Source of the DNA: Candidatus Poribacteria bacterium
Lineage (GTDB): Bacteria; Poribacteria; WGA-4E; WGA-3G
Length of the DNA stretch: 64,000 nt
Assembly (NCBI GenBank): GCA_965198235.1
Contig: OZ240248.1
Span: 1,920,001 to 1,984,000 of the forward strand
Direction of reading: 5' to 3'
Part shown: in pieces, positions 28,014 to 38,019 of the stretch
Layout: the number at the start of each line of letters is the position of its first letter
Numbering within the stretch: position 1 is the first letter of the stretch
Notes under the pieces: generated by a model
Seen by the model: the letters and a program-made list of their open reading frames with translations, nothing else
The model's database searches: none
Told to the model about the DNA's origin: nothing
Position numbers and translations under genes: made by a program

Positions 28014-28871
28014 CTACCGCAAGTATTCCTCCCCACGATGCTCCGCAATCCATGTCTTTAAAGGCACATCCGCATCTGTGGGTTGCCACCATCCCTTAAT
28101 GTCTACGCCATCACCCAGCAACTGCCGTCGAATCGGGTCGCATTTCTCAAGGATTTCAGGCGGCATGAGGTTGTAATCCAAACCACGCAACCAGCGGTAG
28201 CTATAGCCCATAAACAGAACCTTCCGAGTTTCATCAGAGAAATTCCAACCCCGTGAGTGCCACATCCGTCGATCGAAAAGGACTGCCGTGCCGCGTTTGA
28301 CGAGCAGATCTATCGCACCTTCCGGATCGCCATCAGGATCGTTGTCGCTGTTTGGCGGGCGGGTGTCGAGTTTATGGCTACACGGAACAATACGCATTGC
28401 CCCGTTGTCACGGGCGGTAACATCGCTCAACCAGTAGCTGACCTTCAATGAAAGTCGCGGGTGTGGACGTTCCATCTCCGGCACAGGTCTGCCCCCATCT
28501 TGATGCCAATGTGCGCCTTTACGAACCTGCGGCTTATCGGGAGGTTCGGGAGGATACATGATGAGGTGCGAGATGTAAAGTTGGATGTTCCAGCCGAGGA
28601 TGTCCCAGAGTAGCGGAAATACCTTCTTGTTATCAAGCAGTTCCAGCAAGACATCGTCTTCAATAACGGTGCGGAACTTTGATAACAATTCGTGAGGTGC
28701 CAAGCCCGTTTTGACGCGCTCCTCAGCATCAAGTCGATCTGCGACCTCCTCTAATGCATCTACCATCTCGGGACTTATAGCATCCTCAACAATAAGGTAA
28801 CCGGTATCGTTGAATGCTTTGAGTTGTTCGTCTGTGGCGCAGTATTCAAGCCAATTTGTATCCATTGTCAT
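28014..28871 (-). CDS. phytanoyl-CoA dioxygenase (PhyH) family protein
   Basis: GYLIVEDAI, WHQD, NGAMRIVP.SH, FDRRMWH. Confidence 0.92.
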   Translation of the reverse strand: MTMDTNWLEYCATDEQLKAFNDTGYLIVEDAISPEMVDALEEVADRLDAEERVKTGLAPHELLSKFRTVIEDDVLLELLDNKKVFPLLWDILGWNIQLYISHLIMYPPEPPDKPQVRKGAHWHQDGGRPVPEMERPHPRLSLKVSYWLSDVTARDNGAMRIVPCSHKLDTRPPNSDNDPDGDPEGAIDLLVKRGTAVLFDRRMWHSRGWNFSDETRKVLFMGYSYRWLRGLDYNLMPPEILEKCDPIRRQLLGDGVDIKGWWQPTDADVPLKTWIAEHRGEEYLR

Positions 28872-28883
28872 TTCCTCCAGATG

Positions 28884-29642
28884 CTAACGGTGGACTTGCG
28901 TTTTTATCCGTCCCCATGTCGTTGTAAGTTTTCCAGTGACCTCAACAGCGAACGGAATACCTTCCATATCCGCCTGAATCTGCTCTTCCGTGATTGCGAT
29001 GTTGAGAATTCGGAGTTCATCAAGCGTGCCATCGAGCCAGATGTTCTCATTCGCCTTCTTGCCGATCCAGACGGAGGCTTCGTTCTCGTTGATGTCTCCC
29101 TTTCGAGCGACTTCTCCGTCCAGTTCACCGTCCAGATATATGCGAATCTCTGAGCCATCGTAGACCATAGCGAGGTGATGCCATGTGTCCACCTTCATAG
29201 GTGTCGCGCCTTGTACGACAGCGGCGGCACCGGGTGCGGTATAGACAAATCCGCGAATTTTTCCGCCGGGTGTATCAAAGCCCCATCCGCTTTCAGGAAC
29301 AGACCCCTTTCTTGCAATCGGTGGATGTCCGCCCGGAAACGAAGCCGGTTTGAACCATGCCTCAATTGTTAACGCATCGCCTCCAGGAAAGAGACTCTCG
29401 TGGTGTGGTACTTCAATAAGACTACTCGCGCCATCGAAAACCAACGCACCACCGAGCTTCCCATCCTTTGTCCATTCAGCATCGGTGATTTCCCCATGAT
29501 TCTCAAACTCGGAGAGGTCTGTCGCTTCATCGGCTACCTCTTCATCGAAAAGGTATAGCAACACAGTGTTTTCTTCGAGTGCCGCGAAACAATCCACTGC
29601 AAGATAGAACAAGAGTCCAACAACTGTTAGAATTCGAACCAT
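28884..29642 (-). CDS. secreted LamG-like protein with conserved C-terminal motif
   Basis: Signal peptide, LYLFDE, GKLGGALVFDG, WHHLAMVYDG..YLDG, GTLDELRI; ends AVEVTGKLTTTWGRIKTQVHR. Confidence 0.9.
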   Translation of the reverse strand: MVRILTVVGLLFYLAVDCFAALEENTVLLYLFDEEVADEATDLSEFENHGEITDAEWTKDGKLGGALVFDGASSLIEVPHHESLFPGGDALTIEAWFKPASFPGGHPPIARKGSVPESGWGFDTPGGKIRGFVYTAPGAAAVVQGATPMKVDTWHHLAMVYDGSEIRIYLDGELDGEVARKGDINENEASVWIGKKANENIWLDGTLDELRILNIAITEEQIQADMEGIPFAVEVTGKLTTTWGRIKTQVHR

Positions 29643-29763
29643 TTGGAATGCCTCCTTTAGTGATCAAGGGTGGTTGGGAAATAGTAGCGGCGCGATCATT
29701 AATTGCCTTACTAAAAACCGAGTGTCACCCGTAAATCAAATCGCGATGATACACCACCCTCAT

Positions 29764-30978
29764 TTAGTCTTCTACCCTTTCAATAATCTGTCCTGTTTCC
29801 CGATCCCTGAAGATACGTTTCATTCTACCATCAGGCATCCGTTCACTCTTGAGAGGGACATATCGCTCATCAGCGTCCGACTGACTTGTGGGAGGGGTTT
29901 GTAACCCCGATGCGGTTTCGGTTGTGCCTCGCCAATCCTGAATTTCAACGGTTTCCCACTGTTTCGATTTCGCGGATTTATAGCAGGCATCGATAATAGC
30001 GTTCACGACATAACCGTCATAGAAGGTTTCCAGCGGTTCACGTCCCTCGTCAATTGCGTTGAACATATCAAGGAACATGTCCCGATAACCCAGTTCCGCG
30101 ACCTCATCGCCAACGGGGAAGAGCCAACCGGTGTCGCTCTCTGCTTTTTCAGCAACATAGCCACCCTGCCCGACAGCCGTGAACATCTCATAACCTGTGC
30201 GGAGCCAGTGGTTGAGCCAGATAGTTCCTTCACTACCGGAAACCTCATCACGTAAATCCATGCCACCTCGGAATGCCCATCCGACCTCAAATTGCCCCAT
30301 TGCCCCGCTCTCAAATCGGATGAGTGCGATGCCGTGGTCCTCCGCATCAATGGGATGCACAAGCGTGTCTGCCCAGCACATCACCTCAAGCGGTTTATTG
30401 TTTTTCCCAACGAAATTTCGGATGATCTCAATGCAGTGGCATCCCATATCGACGATGGCACCGCCGCCTGCTTGTTCCAGATCCCAGAACCAGTCACTAT
30501 GGGGACCCGGATGTGTCTCGCGGGAGCGCACCCATAAAATCTTACCGAGTGCGCCGTTTTGGACGGACTCTAACGCTTTCAGGGTTTTTGGAGGGTAGAC
30601 CAAGTCTTCAAGGTAACCCCCAAACACACCTGCGTTTTCAACGATGTTCAACATCGCTTTTGCCTCTTCAGCGGTACGTCCAAGCGGTTTCGTACAGAGA
30701 ATGCCTTTGCCGGCTTCCGCAGCGAGTTCGACCGCCTTCAGGTGCAAGTTGTTGGGTAATCCGATGACAACAGTATCCGTTTCAGGATGGTTGATGGCTT
30801 CTGCTAAATCGGTTGTTGCGTGAGGGATGTTCCACTCTTCAGCGAACGCCGTTGCGCGTTCCTCGCGCCGAGAGTAGGCGATGTGAACGCGGTCTGCGCC
30901 GCGTTGATTGTGGAGCGTCATCGTGTAGAACATTCCGATGAGTCCGGTACCGAGCATCGTGACTTTATGACTTTTCAT
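29764..30978 (-). CDS. Gfo/Idh/MocA family oxidoreductase
   Basis: [24 protein letters not shown]; the ORF-track extension upstream of 30978 is repeat DNA. Confidence 0.9.
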   Translation of the reverse strand: MKSHKVTMLGTGLIGMFYTMTLHNQRGADRVHIAYSRREERATAFAEEWNIPHATTDLAEAINHPETDTVVIGLPNNLHLKAVELAAEAGKGILCTKPLGRTAEEAKAMLNIVENAGVFGGYLEDLVYPPKTLKALESVQNGALGKILWVRSRETHPGPHSDWFWDLEQAGGGAIVDMGCHCIEIIRNFVGKNNKPLEVMCWADTLVHPIDAEDHGIALIRFESGAMGQFEVGWAFRGGMDLRDEVSGSEGTIWLNHWLRTGYEMFTAVGQGGYVAEKAESDTGWLFPVGDEVAELGYRDMFLDMFNAIDEGREPLETFYDGYVVNAIIDACYKSAKSKQWETVEIQDWRGTTETASGLQTPPTSQSDADERYVPLKSERMPDGRMKRIFRDRETGQIIERVED

Positions 30979-31137
30979 TTTTTTAATTATACCTTGCGGA
31001 GAAACGACGATCGTTATGTCAATTACGTGCATTTCTCAAATCCGCCTGCGCCGTTGTTGCAGGCTACAATTTGGGTTTAATGTTCTATTCCTAACCAGAA
31101 ATCTGCGCGTGCTGGCGAGGTTTGCAACCTCGCCAGC
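30979..31137 (-). repeat. dispersed repeat arm plus palindrome
   Basis: TTTTTTAATTATACCTTGCGG identical to 16041; ATCCGCCTGCGCCGTTGTTGCAGGCT identical to 4027; palindrome GCTGGCGAGGTT-tgc-AACCTCGCCAGC at 31111-31137. Confidence 0.8.
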
Positions 31138-31170
31138 AAAGGATAGGCGGTGGCAGCCGATAGCCATTAA

Positions 31171-32250
31171 CTATTTTGCTTTATATCCTGCGATGACACC
31201 CCAATCGTTAATTGTCCAACAGTTGTTCTGATCCGTTGCATGAACCCCCTTGAGGTTCGCGCTTCCGGGTATGTTCGATATCGTCCAGGTTTTACCGCCA
31301 TCGGTGGTGTGCAAAACGGAATTAAAACCGCCGACTGCCCAACCGACCATCGCATCAACGAAGGTAATATCGTGGAGATCGTCATAGGATTCGGTTTTTT
31401 GCTGATTCCAGGTTGCACCGCCATCGGTGGTATGCAGGATTAAGCCCTCCTGCCCGGAAATCCAGCCAGTGTTTTCATCGAGGAAATAGATACCGAACAA
31501 GTTGTTATCAAAGCCAGGATCACGTTTTTCCCACGTTTCGCCACCATCTGCGGTATGCAGGAGCGTCCCGAATGAACCGATAATCCAACCCGTTGTGGGG
31601 GAAACAAACCAGATTCCTTCAAGATTGTTTCGTGTCTCACCAACGCGTGCGCGCTCCGAGCTGCCTACCCAAGTTTCACCGCCATCGGTTGTTTTGAGAA
31701 TCGTATTCTCCGATCCGGCGATGAAACCAGTGGTTTCACTAATCATCTGGATACCCATCAAATTGGCACGCATTCCGCGTGGGTTGCCACCGCGTCCAGG
31801 GGTATCGCTCGTTGCCATTTTCCGTGCCCAGGTCTTGCCACCGTCTTCGGTTTTTAGGATAGTGGCTCTACCACCGATAATATACCCAACGTTTTCATCT
31901 ACAAAGTCGATATTGTAGAGAGGCGCGGGACCACCGCGACCAAAGCCTGGTGGGGGACCACCACCACCACCGGGAGGTCCGCCCGGTCTTTGTCCGGCAC
32001 CGGGGGGACGCATATCAACTTCCATTTTCCCCCAAGTTGTGCCACCGTCCGTCGTCACCAATATTAAACCGTTATCTCCAACGACCAAACCGTTCTGGTT
32101 ATTCGTGAAATAAACATCGTGTAACATACCGTCAATGCCGTCCCCGCGGAGGATATCATCTTCCCGCAGGACGGTCCATTCCGCATCGGAGACTGTCGCG
32201 AAAGAAAAAAGGATCGCGACTCCGAACAATGCGATAATCGTTTTGATCAT
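31171..32250 (-). CDS. secreted YCF48-like beta-propeller (BNR repeat) protein
   Basis: Signal peptide MIKTIIALF...; repeated G.IL.T.DGG.TW; RBS AAAAGGAG. Confidence 0.85.
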   Translation of the reverse strand: MIKTIIALFGVAILFSFATVSDAEWTVLREDDILRGDGIDGMLHDVYFTNNQNGLVVGDNGLILVTTDGGTTWGKMEVDMRPPGAGQRPGGPPGGGGGPPPGFGRGGPAPLYNIDFVDENVGYIIGGRATILKTEDGGKTWARKMATSDTPGRGGNPRGMRANLMGIQMISETTGFIAGSENTILKTTDGGETWVGSSERARVGETRNNLEGIWFVSPTTGWIIGSFGTLLHTADGGETWEKRDPGFDNNLFGIYFLDENTGWISGQEGLILHTTDGGATWNQQKTESYDDLHDITFVDAMVGWAVGGFNSVLHTTDGGKTWTISNIPGSANLKGVHATDQNNCWTINDWGVIAGYKAK

Positions 32251-32302
32251 GGTAATTCTCCTTTTTATAGATAGACGGCACGACGGGACGTGCCTACTCC
32301 CT

Positions 32303-34489
32303 TTAAATCGACTGAAATGCATCATAAATCTGCCGTGCTCTGTTTTCAACACTCCTTAAGTAGTTTTGACCTATTTGTTCGGTGTAAAGTTCGGTTAACT
32401 CGCCACTTGCCTCACCGAAGGCTTTGGCGAAGTTCCGACACTCCTCCTTATCGCCACCAGAGGCGTAGGCTTTGGTTTTCGCATCTGTGCCGGATTTTCG
32501 GACTTCAACACACTTATCACGAAACTTGAGATAACTCCCATCCCCGACAAATCTGACATCCTCAAGCGTTGTGAAATCCAAACTCGGAAGCGCATCTGAA
32601 AGGATAACGCGTGCTTGTTCCACATCTATTTTCCCGTCGCGGAGGGCAATAGCGATACCGAGAAAAAACAGGTCGTTTTTATCACGTTTTGCCTCGCCTT
32701 CGCGTTTCGCTGCACGGAGTTTTTCAGGATTCGGCTCAGACTCGTTGTAATAGGTGATGTCCTCTCTCACGTCACATGTCGCGCTAATTTGACTCTCCGC
32801 AAAGACAACGGCGAGATAGTCAGAGAGGGATATATTTGCCTGTTTACAATGTGCAGCAAGTGCGGTAACCAGAACCATGGATTCACCTGCCGATTTTTCA
32901 CGCATCGCGATAGCAGTGCGACCACCTTGGCTCTGGATGAGTTCCTCAGGACCGGTAATCATACCGCCGCTCTCTTCACCGGCGAAAATCAGTCGCGGTT
33001 GCACACCGAGTGAGATCGTCTCGCCGTAGACATCTTGAACAACAACCGGTGCGTCTGGCGCGTCAGCCAACTGCCGTTCAATCTTTTTCAGGATCGCGGC
33101 AATTTCCTTGAAACCGACAGGCACGTTAATGACCTTAACATCATTCGCAGCACCCCACTGATCCCAGGCGAGCGCGGAGGGTGTCGTCTTAATCATGAAC
33201 CGTGGATGATCTTCCCAAAGACCGGAAGTTTTGAGTTGCTTGGCGTAGAAGTCCATCAACATGAGAAACGCTTGATTCGGCGTGTAAATCGTCAAGAGTC
33301 GGTCATCACCGAGGTCGAGGAAGTCAACGCCGAGGGACTCCAATATTTCTGATCGTGATGTATCCTCTATCTCACAGACGATAAGCCGATCGCCATCTGG
33401 GTCGGTCGCTTCAATAATGGTCCCGATAGGCTGCGATTTGAGTTTCGTTGCGTAGTCTGTGGATTTGACGACATCAAGGATACTAAAGTCGCAGCCGAGA
33501 TCGTAAAATTCAGTTTCACCCGTTTTCGGATTCCGATCGAGTTTTCCGATGTTGTGATAGAGCGGGTCTGCCTCAACGTGGAGCCAGCGAACGGAGTTAG
33601 CGATTCCCAATCGCTCAAAAATGGCACGCATCGGACGATACATACACCCACCGACGCAATCGACGACGATAGATGGTTTCATCGCTCGGATGAGTTTGAG
33701 ATTCGCATCTGTGGCAACGCCGTCTTTGAGATAGCCGACATAGAGTTGTACACCGTCATGGAGTTCGTCCAGTCGTTCAAAATCGATGTGATCGTCGGTG
33801 GCCGCACTGAACTGAATTGAATAGCCTTCCGTTTCAGCGGTTTTGAGGATCTCTTCAATTTTGTTGACGAATCGCATGGATTCCTCGGGCAGATATTGAC
33901 TTCCCTGATTGTTGAGGTCTTTGGTAGCATTCTTTGTGCTGACGGAGTGGCTTGACGTGACATGTTCGCCACCGTCCAGATCAAGCATGAAAATCAAGAA
34001 GGATGCCATCCAGATGGGCAGCGTACCAAACGATTTCGGCATGTATGTGCGAATCCCTTGTGCAGCTTGGATGCGGGCGATGTATTCGACATATTTCTGT
34101 GAGTTGTAGCGTACCTCACAGCCCACGATTTTCTCAATCTGCTTTCCCTCCGCACTCTCGTTTGCAACAAGGCTTTTACCAAGCGTTGCGAGGGCAATTC
34201 CGATCTGGTTAATCGGGAAACGGGTGTCCCAAGGATACAAAATATTCTGCGGACCTCGGATACCGGCGGTCGAGACTTGTGCTTCCTTCGCGTAGTTACG
34301 AAACCACTCCCAGAGGTTCAAACGCTCAATCAGTTCCTTATCAAGTTGGAACGTGAAAGCATTTGGTTCATCTTGAGGAAAAAGGGCGGGTTTGATAGAA
34401 TCCGGCGTGTTCTGCTCAACCACCGCGAAGAGCTGCTGTTCGGTAAGGTCTCTCTTATGGCGATAGCCTTTGTCAACTGTGATAATCAT
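32303..34489 (-). CDS. divergent alpha-D-phosphohexomutase (PGM/PMM superfamily)
   Basis: STAGIRG, TSSH phosphoserine loop, DPDGDR metal loop, VPVGFK, GEESGG, RKSGTD. Confidence 0.8.
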   Translation of the reverse strand: MIITVDKGYRHKRDLTEQQLFAVVEQNTPDSIKPALFPQDEPNAFTFQLDKELIERLNLWEWFRNYAKEAQVSTAGIRGPQNILYPWDTRFPINQIGIALATLGKSLVANESAEGKQIEKIVGCEVRYNSQKYVEYIARIQAAQGIRTYMPKSFGTLPIWMASFLIFMLDLDGGEHVTSSHSVSTKNATKDLNNQGSQYLPEESMRFVNKIEEILKTAETEGYSIQFSAATDDHIDFERLDELHDGVQLYVGYLKDGVATDANLKLIRAMKPSIVVDCVGGCMYRPMRAIFERLGIANSVRWLHVEADPLYHNIGKLDRNPKTGETEFYDLGCDFSILDVVKSTDYATKLKSQPIGTIIEATDPDGDRLIVCEIEDTSRSEILESLGVDFLDLGDDRLLTIYTPNQAFLMLMDFYAKQLKTSGLWEDHPRFMIKTTPSALAWDQWGAANDVKVINVPVGFKEIAAILKKIERQLADAPDAPVVVQDVYGETISLGVQPRLIFAGEESGGMITGPEELIQSQGGRTAIAMREKSAGESMVLVTALAAHCKQANISLSDYLAVVFAESQISATCDVREDITYYNESEPNPEKLRAAKREGEAKRDKNDLFFLGIAIALRDGKIDVEQARVILSDALPSLDFTTLEDVRFVGDGSYLKFRDKCVEVRKSGTDAKTKAYASGGDKEECRNFAKAFGEASGELTELYTEQIGQNYLRSVENRARQIYDAFQSI

Positions 34490-34736
34490 CAACGCCCTCC
34501 TAACGGAGATAGAAATTTGATAGACATGTTATCACATTTCCACATTTTTTTCAAATCTGAATTTCGGATTTTCCCAGATTCTGTCCAGTAGAAAATGGAG
34601 CCTGAGATGCTATAGAACGGGATTGAGTTCACGTCAATCCTGACTGCCAAAAGCATTTACTTCTTTGTGGAATTGGTGTATACTTAGTAATGTAATAATG
34701 GGTTTTATGTTCTTGTTTACCTTGGAGGAGATCTTG

Positions 34737-35723
34737 ATGAGAAATCCATACCTATTGCTCTTTCTCGTGTTAAGCGTCGCAGTGTTATACGTAAGTGCTT
34801 GCCCTGTGTTGGCAGAAGCACCTACATCAGCGAAAATAGCGTTCTCATCGTGGCGTGATGGGAACCTGGACATTTATCTGATGAATCCCAATGGCAGTGA
34901 GGAGGTGCGACTCACCCATCATCTCGCAAGGGATGCCAGTCCGAAATGGTCTCCGACTGGGGAACGGATTCTTTTTGAATCCGACCGAGATGGTGCTCCA
35001 GGAGACTGGGACCTGTATCTGATGGATCCGGATGGATCCAATGTGCGACGGGTGTTCGAGAAAGAAGCGATCAGAACTTCTCCAACATGGTCCCCAGATG
35101 GTAAACAAATTGCTTACGCGCGTTGGGAGCAGGGCAAGTTCTTTATCTACATCGCGCCAATAGATGGTAAAAAGGAGGAACGCGTCGCGCTCGGCTACTG
35201 GCCGATCTGGTCCCCTGATAGCACTGAGATGGTCTTTCTCACCGGAGTTTTGAACCGACCCAGACGCGTTACCGTGTTCAACTTGAAGACTAAAAACCAG
35301 AAGTTCCTCCCTTTTCCCGACGTGCCAATGTGGGTTCGGCATTATTCGTGGTCTCCAGAGGGCGATAGGCTGGCGTTTGCTTGGTATAATCGTGTTGAGG
35401 TTCGACACGAGGACTTTAAACTGGAGACGATCTATATTGTCAATCGCGATGGCACAGGACTTCAACAGATTATTGAAGAAGGGAAGCGAGCCGTAGAGCC
35501 GGTGTGGTCTCCACGAGGAGACACGCTGATTTATAGTCAACTGGATCGGGGCGATATGCAGCAAATCTTCAAAGTCACGTTGGATGGCGGTGAACCAGTG
35601 CAACTCACCAATCCCAACTTCCGAAATTTTCCAGGAGATTGGTTTGATCCTGCGTTCGCATTGCCAGTCGCACCACAACCCCAACTGGCAACAACGATAT
35701 GGGGACAGATAAAGCAGCAGTAG
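34737..35723 (+). CDS. secreted TolB-like PD40-repeat protein with conserved C-terminal motif
   Basis: KIAFSS.RDGN.DIYLM, repeated P.WSPDG; GGAGG RBS; ends PVAPQPQLATTIWGQIKQQ. Confidence 0.85.
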   Translation: MRNPYLLLFLVLSVAVLYVSACPVLAEAPTSAKIAFSSWRDGNLDIYLMNPNGSEEVRLTHHLARDASPKWSPTGERILFESDRDGAPGDWDLYLMDPDGSNVRRVFEKEAIRTSPTWSPDGKQIAYARWEQGKFFIYIAPIDGKKEERVALGYWPIWSPDSTEMVFLTGVLNRPRRVTVFNLKTKNQKFLPFPDVPMWVRHYSWSPEGDRLAFAWYNRVEVRHEDFKLETIYIVNRDGTGLQQIIEEGKRAVEPVWSPRGDTLIYSQLDRGDMQQIFKVTLDGGEPVQLTNPNFRNFPGDWFDPAFALPVAPQPQLATTIWGQIKQQ

Positions 35724-35791
35724 CCTTTTTTGATTAACTGAACTGGTGCGCTTCTAAAACGTTCCTGTAGGAAAATTGATGGACGTAAGTG

Positions 35792-37228
35792 CTACCGCTC
35801 CCGTTCCGAGACAAGCAGGTCGAACGAATTGCTCTGCCATCCGCCTTCCATAACGATGTTGTCCCTCGTTTCGCGCAAGCGATTGACCATGCGCGCTTTC
35901 ATACGACGGAGTACGTGTTTGTAACCGAGATGGTTCGCCAAGTTATGGAGTTCGTGTGGATCGCTCTTCATGTCGTAGAGTTCGTCCTCGCTGTACGGGT
36001 TGTAGACATACTTCCACGAATCCGTCCGCACCATCCTGACAGAAGCGAGTGTTGGCTCGTACCCATGAAATTCAGCGAACACGTCATCTGGCCAATCCTC
36101 TACGGTTTCCGCTCGTAACAAAGGCATAATCGATCTGCCATCGAGATTATCAGGGGCTGCTACTCCACCGAGTTCCAAAAACGTCGGCATGAGATCCACA
36201 AGGTTCACAAATTCATCACACGTCGTTCCTTGCGATGTCGCGCCGGGCCACCGGATGACGAGCGGAATGTGGTGTGTCTCTTCGTACATGTGGAACCCCT
36301 TGTTGAAAAGTCGATGGCTGCCGAGCATATCGCCGTGGTCGGTTGAGAAAATGACAACGGTATTCTCCGTTAAACCGTTCACCTCAAGACAGTCGAGAAC
36401 TCGCCGTACCTGATCGTCAATGAAGGTGCAGAATCCCCAGTAAGCCGCGATGACTTTCTGCCAATCTGGCCACGTTAGGTGGCTGGCGTTCCACCGGAGC
36501 ATCTCCTTCTGCTGAATGAGGGGTTTGTTGATGAATTGCTCATCGAAATTGCCCCACCGTTCAATGGTGTCCGGATCGTACATCGTGTCGTAAGGTGCTG
36601 GCACGGCATACGGGAAATGCGGTCCAAAGAAATTCGCGGCAATCATAAACGGTTGTTCAGAATCTGAGTAACCGTTGATTAACTCAATCGTTTTGTCTGC
36701 AGTCCACGCTTCCATTGTCCGTTCGGCGGGGAGCGGGAGTCTTCCATAGAAGGGTGCCTCACCGCCCCACTCATACGGTTGAACGGCATCCCTATCAATT
36801 CGGAAGTCAATCCCGTCGTCGCGGAGCCATTGATGCCACTCGCGGTAGGGATGCCACTTGTCATAACCCCAAAACTCCGTGTCGCCTTCCTTTGCGAGAT
36901 GCCACTTACCGACGCAACTTACCCGATAACCTGCTTCGCCAAGGAGTGTTGGATACGCTGGTTTGTCGAGAATCTGGTTCGCAAACACGCCGTTGAAATT
37001 CCCCATATTTGACAACTGTCCGTGATTATGAGGATAGAGTCCGGTGAGTAGAGACCCACGCGCCGGTGAACAGAGCGCGATGGGAGTGTAGGCGTTCGTA
37101 AACCGCATACCTGTTGCAGCGATTTCATCGACAGCAGGTGTTCTGCAAATCGGTGCTCCGTTGCAACCGAGTGAATCGAAACGTTGCTGATCGGTGAGAA
37201 GAAAGAGAATATTGGGTTGTCGTGCCAT
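35792..37228 (-). CDS. sulfatase (Cys-type, formylglycine-dependent)
   Basis: PNILFLLTDQQR, CSPARGSLLTG, GKWHL, PHFPY, STDHGD, ELYD...DPHE. Confidence 0.95.
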   Translation of the reverse strand: MARQPNILFLLTDQQRFDSLGCNGAPICRTPAVDEIAATGMRFTNAYTPIALCSPARGSLLTGLYPHNHGQLSNMGNFNGVFANQILDKPAYPTLLGEAGYRVSCVGKWHLAKEGDTEFWGYDKWHPYREWHQWLRDDGIDFRIDRDAVQPYEWGGEAPFYGRLPLPAERTMEAWTADKTIELINGYSDSEQPFMIAANFFGPHFPYAVPAPYDTMYDPDTIERWGNFDEQFINKPLIQQKEMLRWNASHLTWPDWQKVIAAYWGFCTFIDDQVRRVLDCLEVNGLTENTVVIFSTDHGDMLGSHRLFNKGFHMYEETHHIPLVIRWPGATSQGTTCDEFVNLVDLMPTFLELGGVAAPDNLDGRSIMPLLRAETVEDWPDDVFAEFHGYEPTLASVRMVRTDSWKYVYNPYSEDELYDMKSDPHELHNLANHLGYKHVLRRMKARMVNRLRETRDNIVMEGGWQSNSFDLLVSERER

Positions 37229-37460
37229 TTTTTAATTATTCCTTGCGGAGCAGTGAAGTGCATTCCGTCTATTGCGTGTATTTCTTAAATCTGAAGAAAC
37301 ACCCCACGGAATGCCACACGCGCATTCCGTGTTGATTCGCAAAAACCCTGCTCCGTTGTTGCAGGCTACACTTTCGTTTAATGTTTCCAAGATAAAGAAA
37401 CGTCAAAATGCCCAAACATGGTTGAAATTTAACCAGAAACCTGCTCGTAATGAAATTAGG
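37229..37460 (-). repeat. dispersed repeat arm carrying an internal palindromic insert
   Basis: TTTTTAATTATTCCTTGCGG end; TCTGAAGAAACACCC..GCAAAAACCC interrupted by CACGGAATG..CATTCCGTG; CCGTTGTTGCAGGCTAC. Confidence 0.8.
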
Positions 37461-37533
37461 TTTCCTTAAATGGCATAATTTTGCTTCGCAGTGAGAATGC
37501 TTTACATTTGGAGAGCAGTCCAGGGCCCCATAG

Positions 37534-38019
37534 TTAAAAAGGTTCGGAGACGATAGCGATATTCTTCGGTCCCTTGAAGTCGAGCTCAATTCGCTCAAAC
37601 CGGATTGAATGTTGCCGATAGAAATCTTCAATTGCCGTCAACAACTCGTACTGACCACGACGCTGTTCATCCCAGAAGTTGCAACAGGGAATTATCACAG
37701 CAGGTCGAACAAGGGCTGCCTCTCCCAATTGACGCAACGCACCATCGGGATGGAGTCCGACCAACAGGTCATAATAATCTGCTATCTCAGGATCAAACTG
37801 CTCAGGACGGTGATCAATGCCTTTGAGCACTGTGCGGCGCGGATCAATGAGTTCGCATGCAAAGTTTTTCTTCTTGGTGAGAAGGCGAGTTAATATTCCC
37901 TTCCCGCCAGCGACATCGGCAATACAGTGGATTGTATTGCCGTATCGCGCCGCAATGAAGTCGGCGACAACTTCAAATCGCTGCGGATCGCCGTGTACTC
38001 GATGCTGTTCTCTACTCAT
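37534..38019 (-). CDS. small methyltransferase-like hypothetical protein
   Basis: ADVAGGKG, LIDPR, VGLHPD, IPCC; overlaps the aminopeptidase stop. Confidence 0.6.
   Translation of the reverse strand: MSREQHRVHGDPQRFEVVADFIAARYGNTIHCIADVAGGKGILTRLLTKKKNFACELIDPRRTVLKGIDHRPEQFDPEIADYYDLLVGLHPDGALRQLGEAALVRPAVIIPCCNFWDEQRRGQYELLTAIEDFYRQHSIRFERIELDFKGPKNIAIVSEPF

Noticed and set aside
27373-28097. Diversity-generating retroelement TR/VR pair
   Set aside because: Differences are all synonymous and not adenine-specific; no reverse transcriptase in the window.
34845-35684. Long antisense ORFs (34845-35684, 6345-7019, 24115-24684, 27487-27999, 54189-54765)
   Set aside because: They shadow well-supported genes on the opposite strand and show no motifs.
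37269-37631. ORFs 37269-37631, 37272-37469, 16185-16493 and the PQGIIKK N-terminal extensions
   Set aside because: They are translations of the dispersed repeat or overlap real genes.
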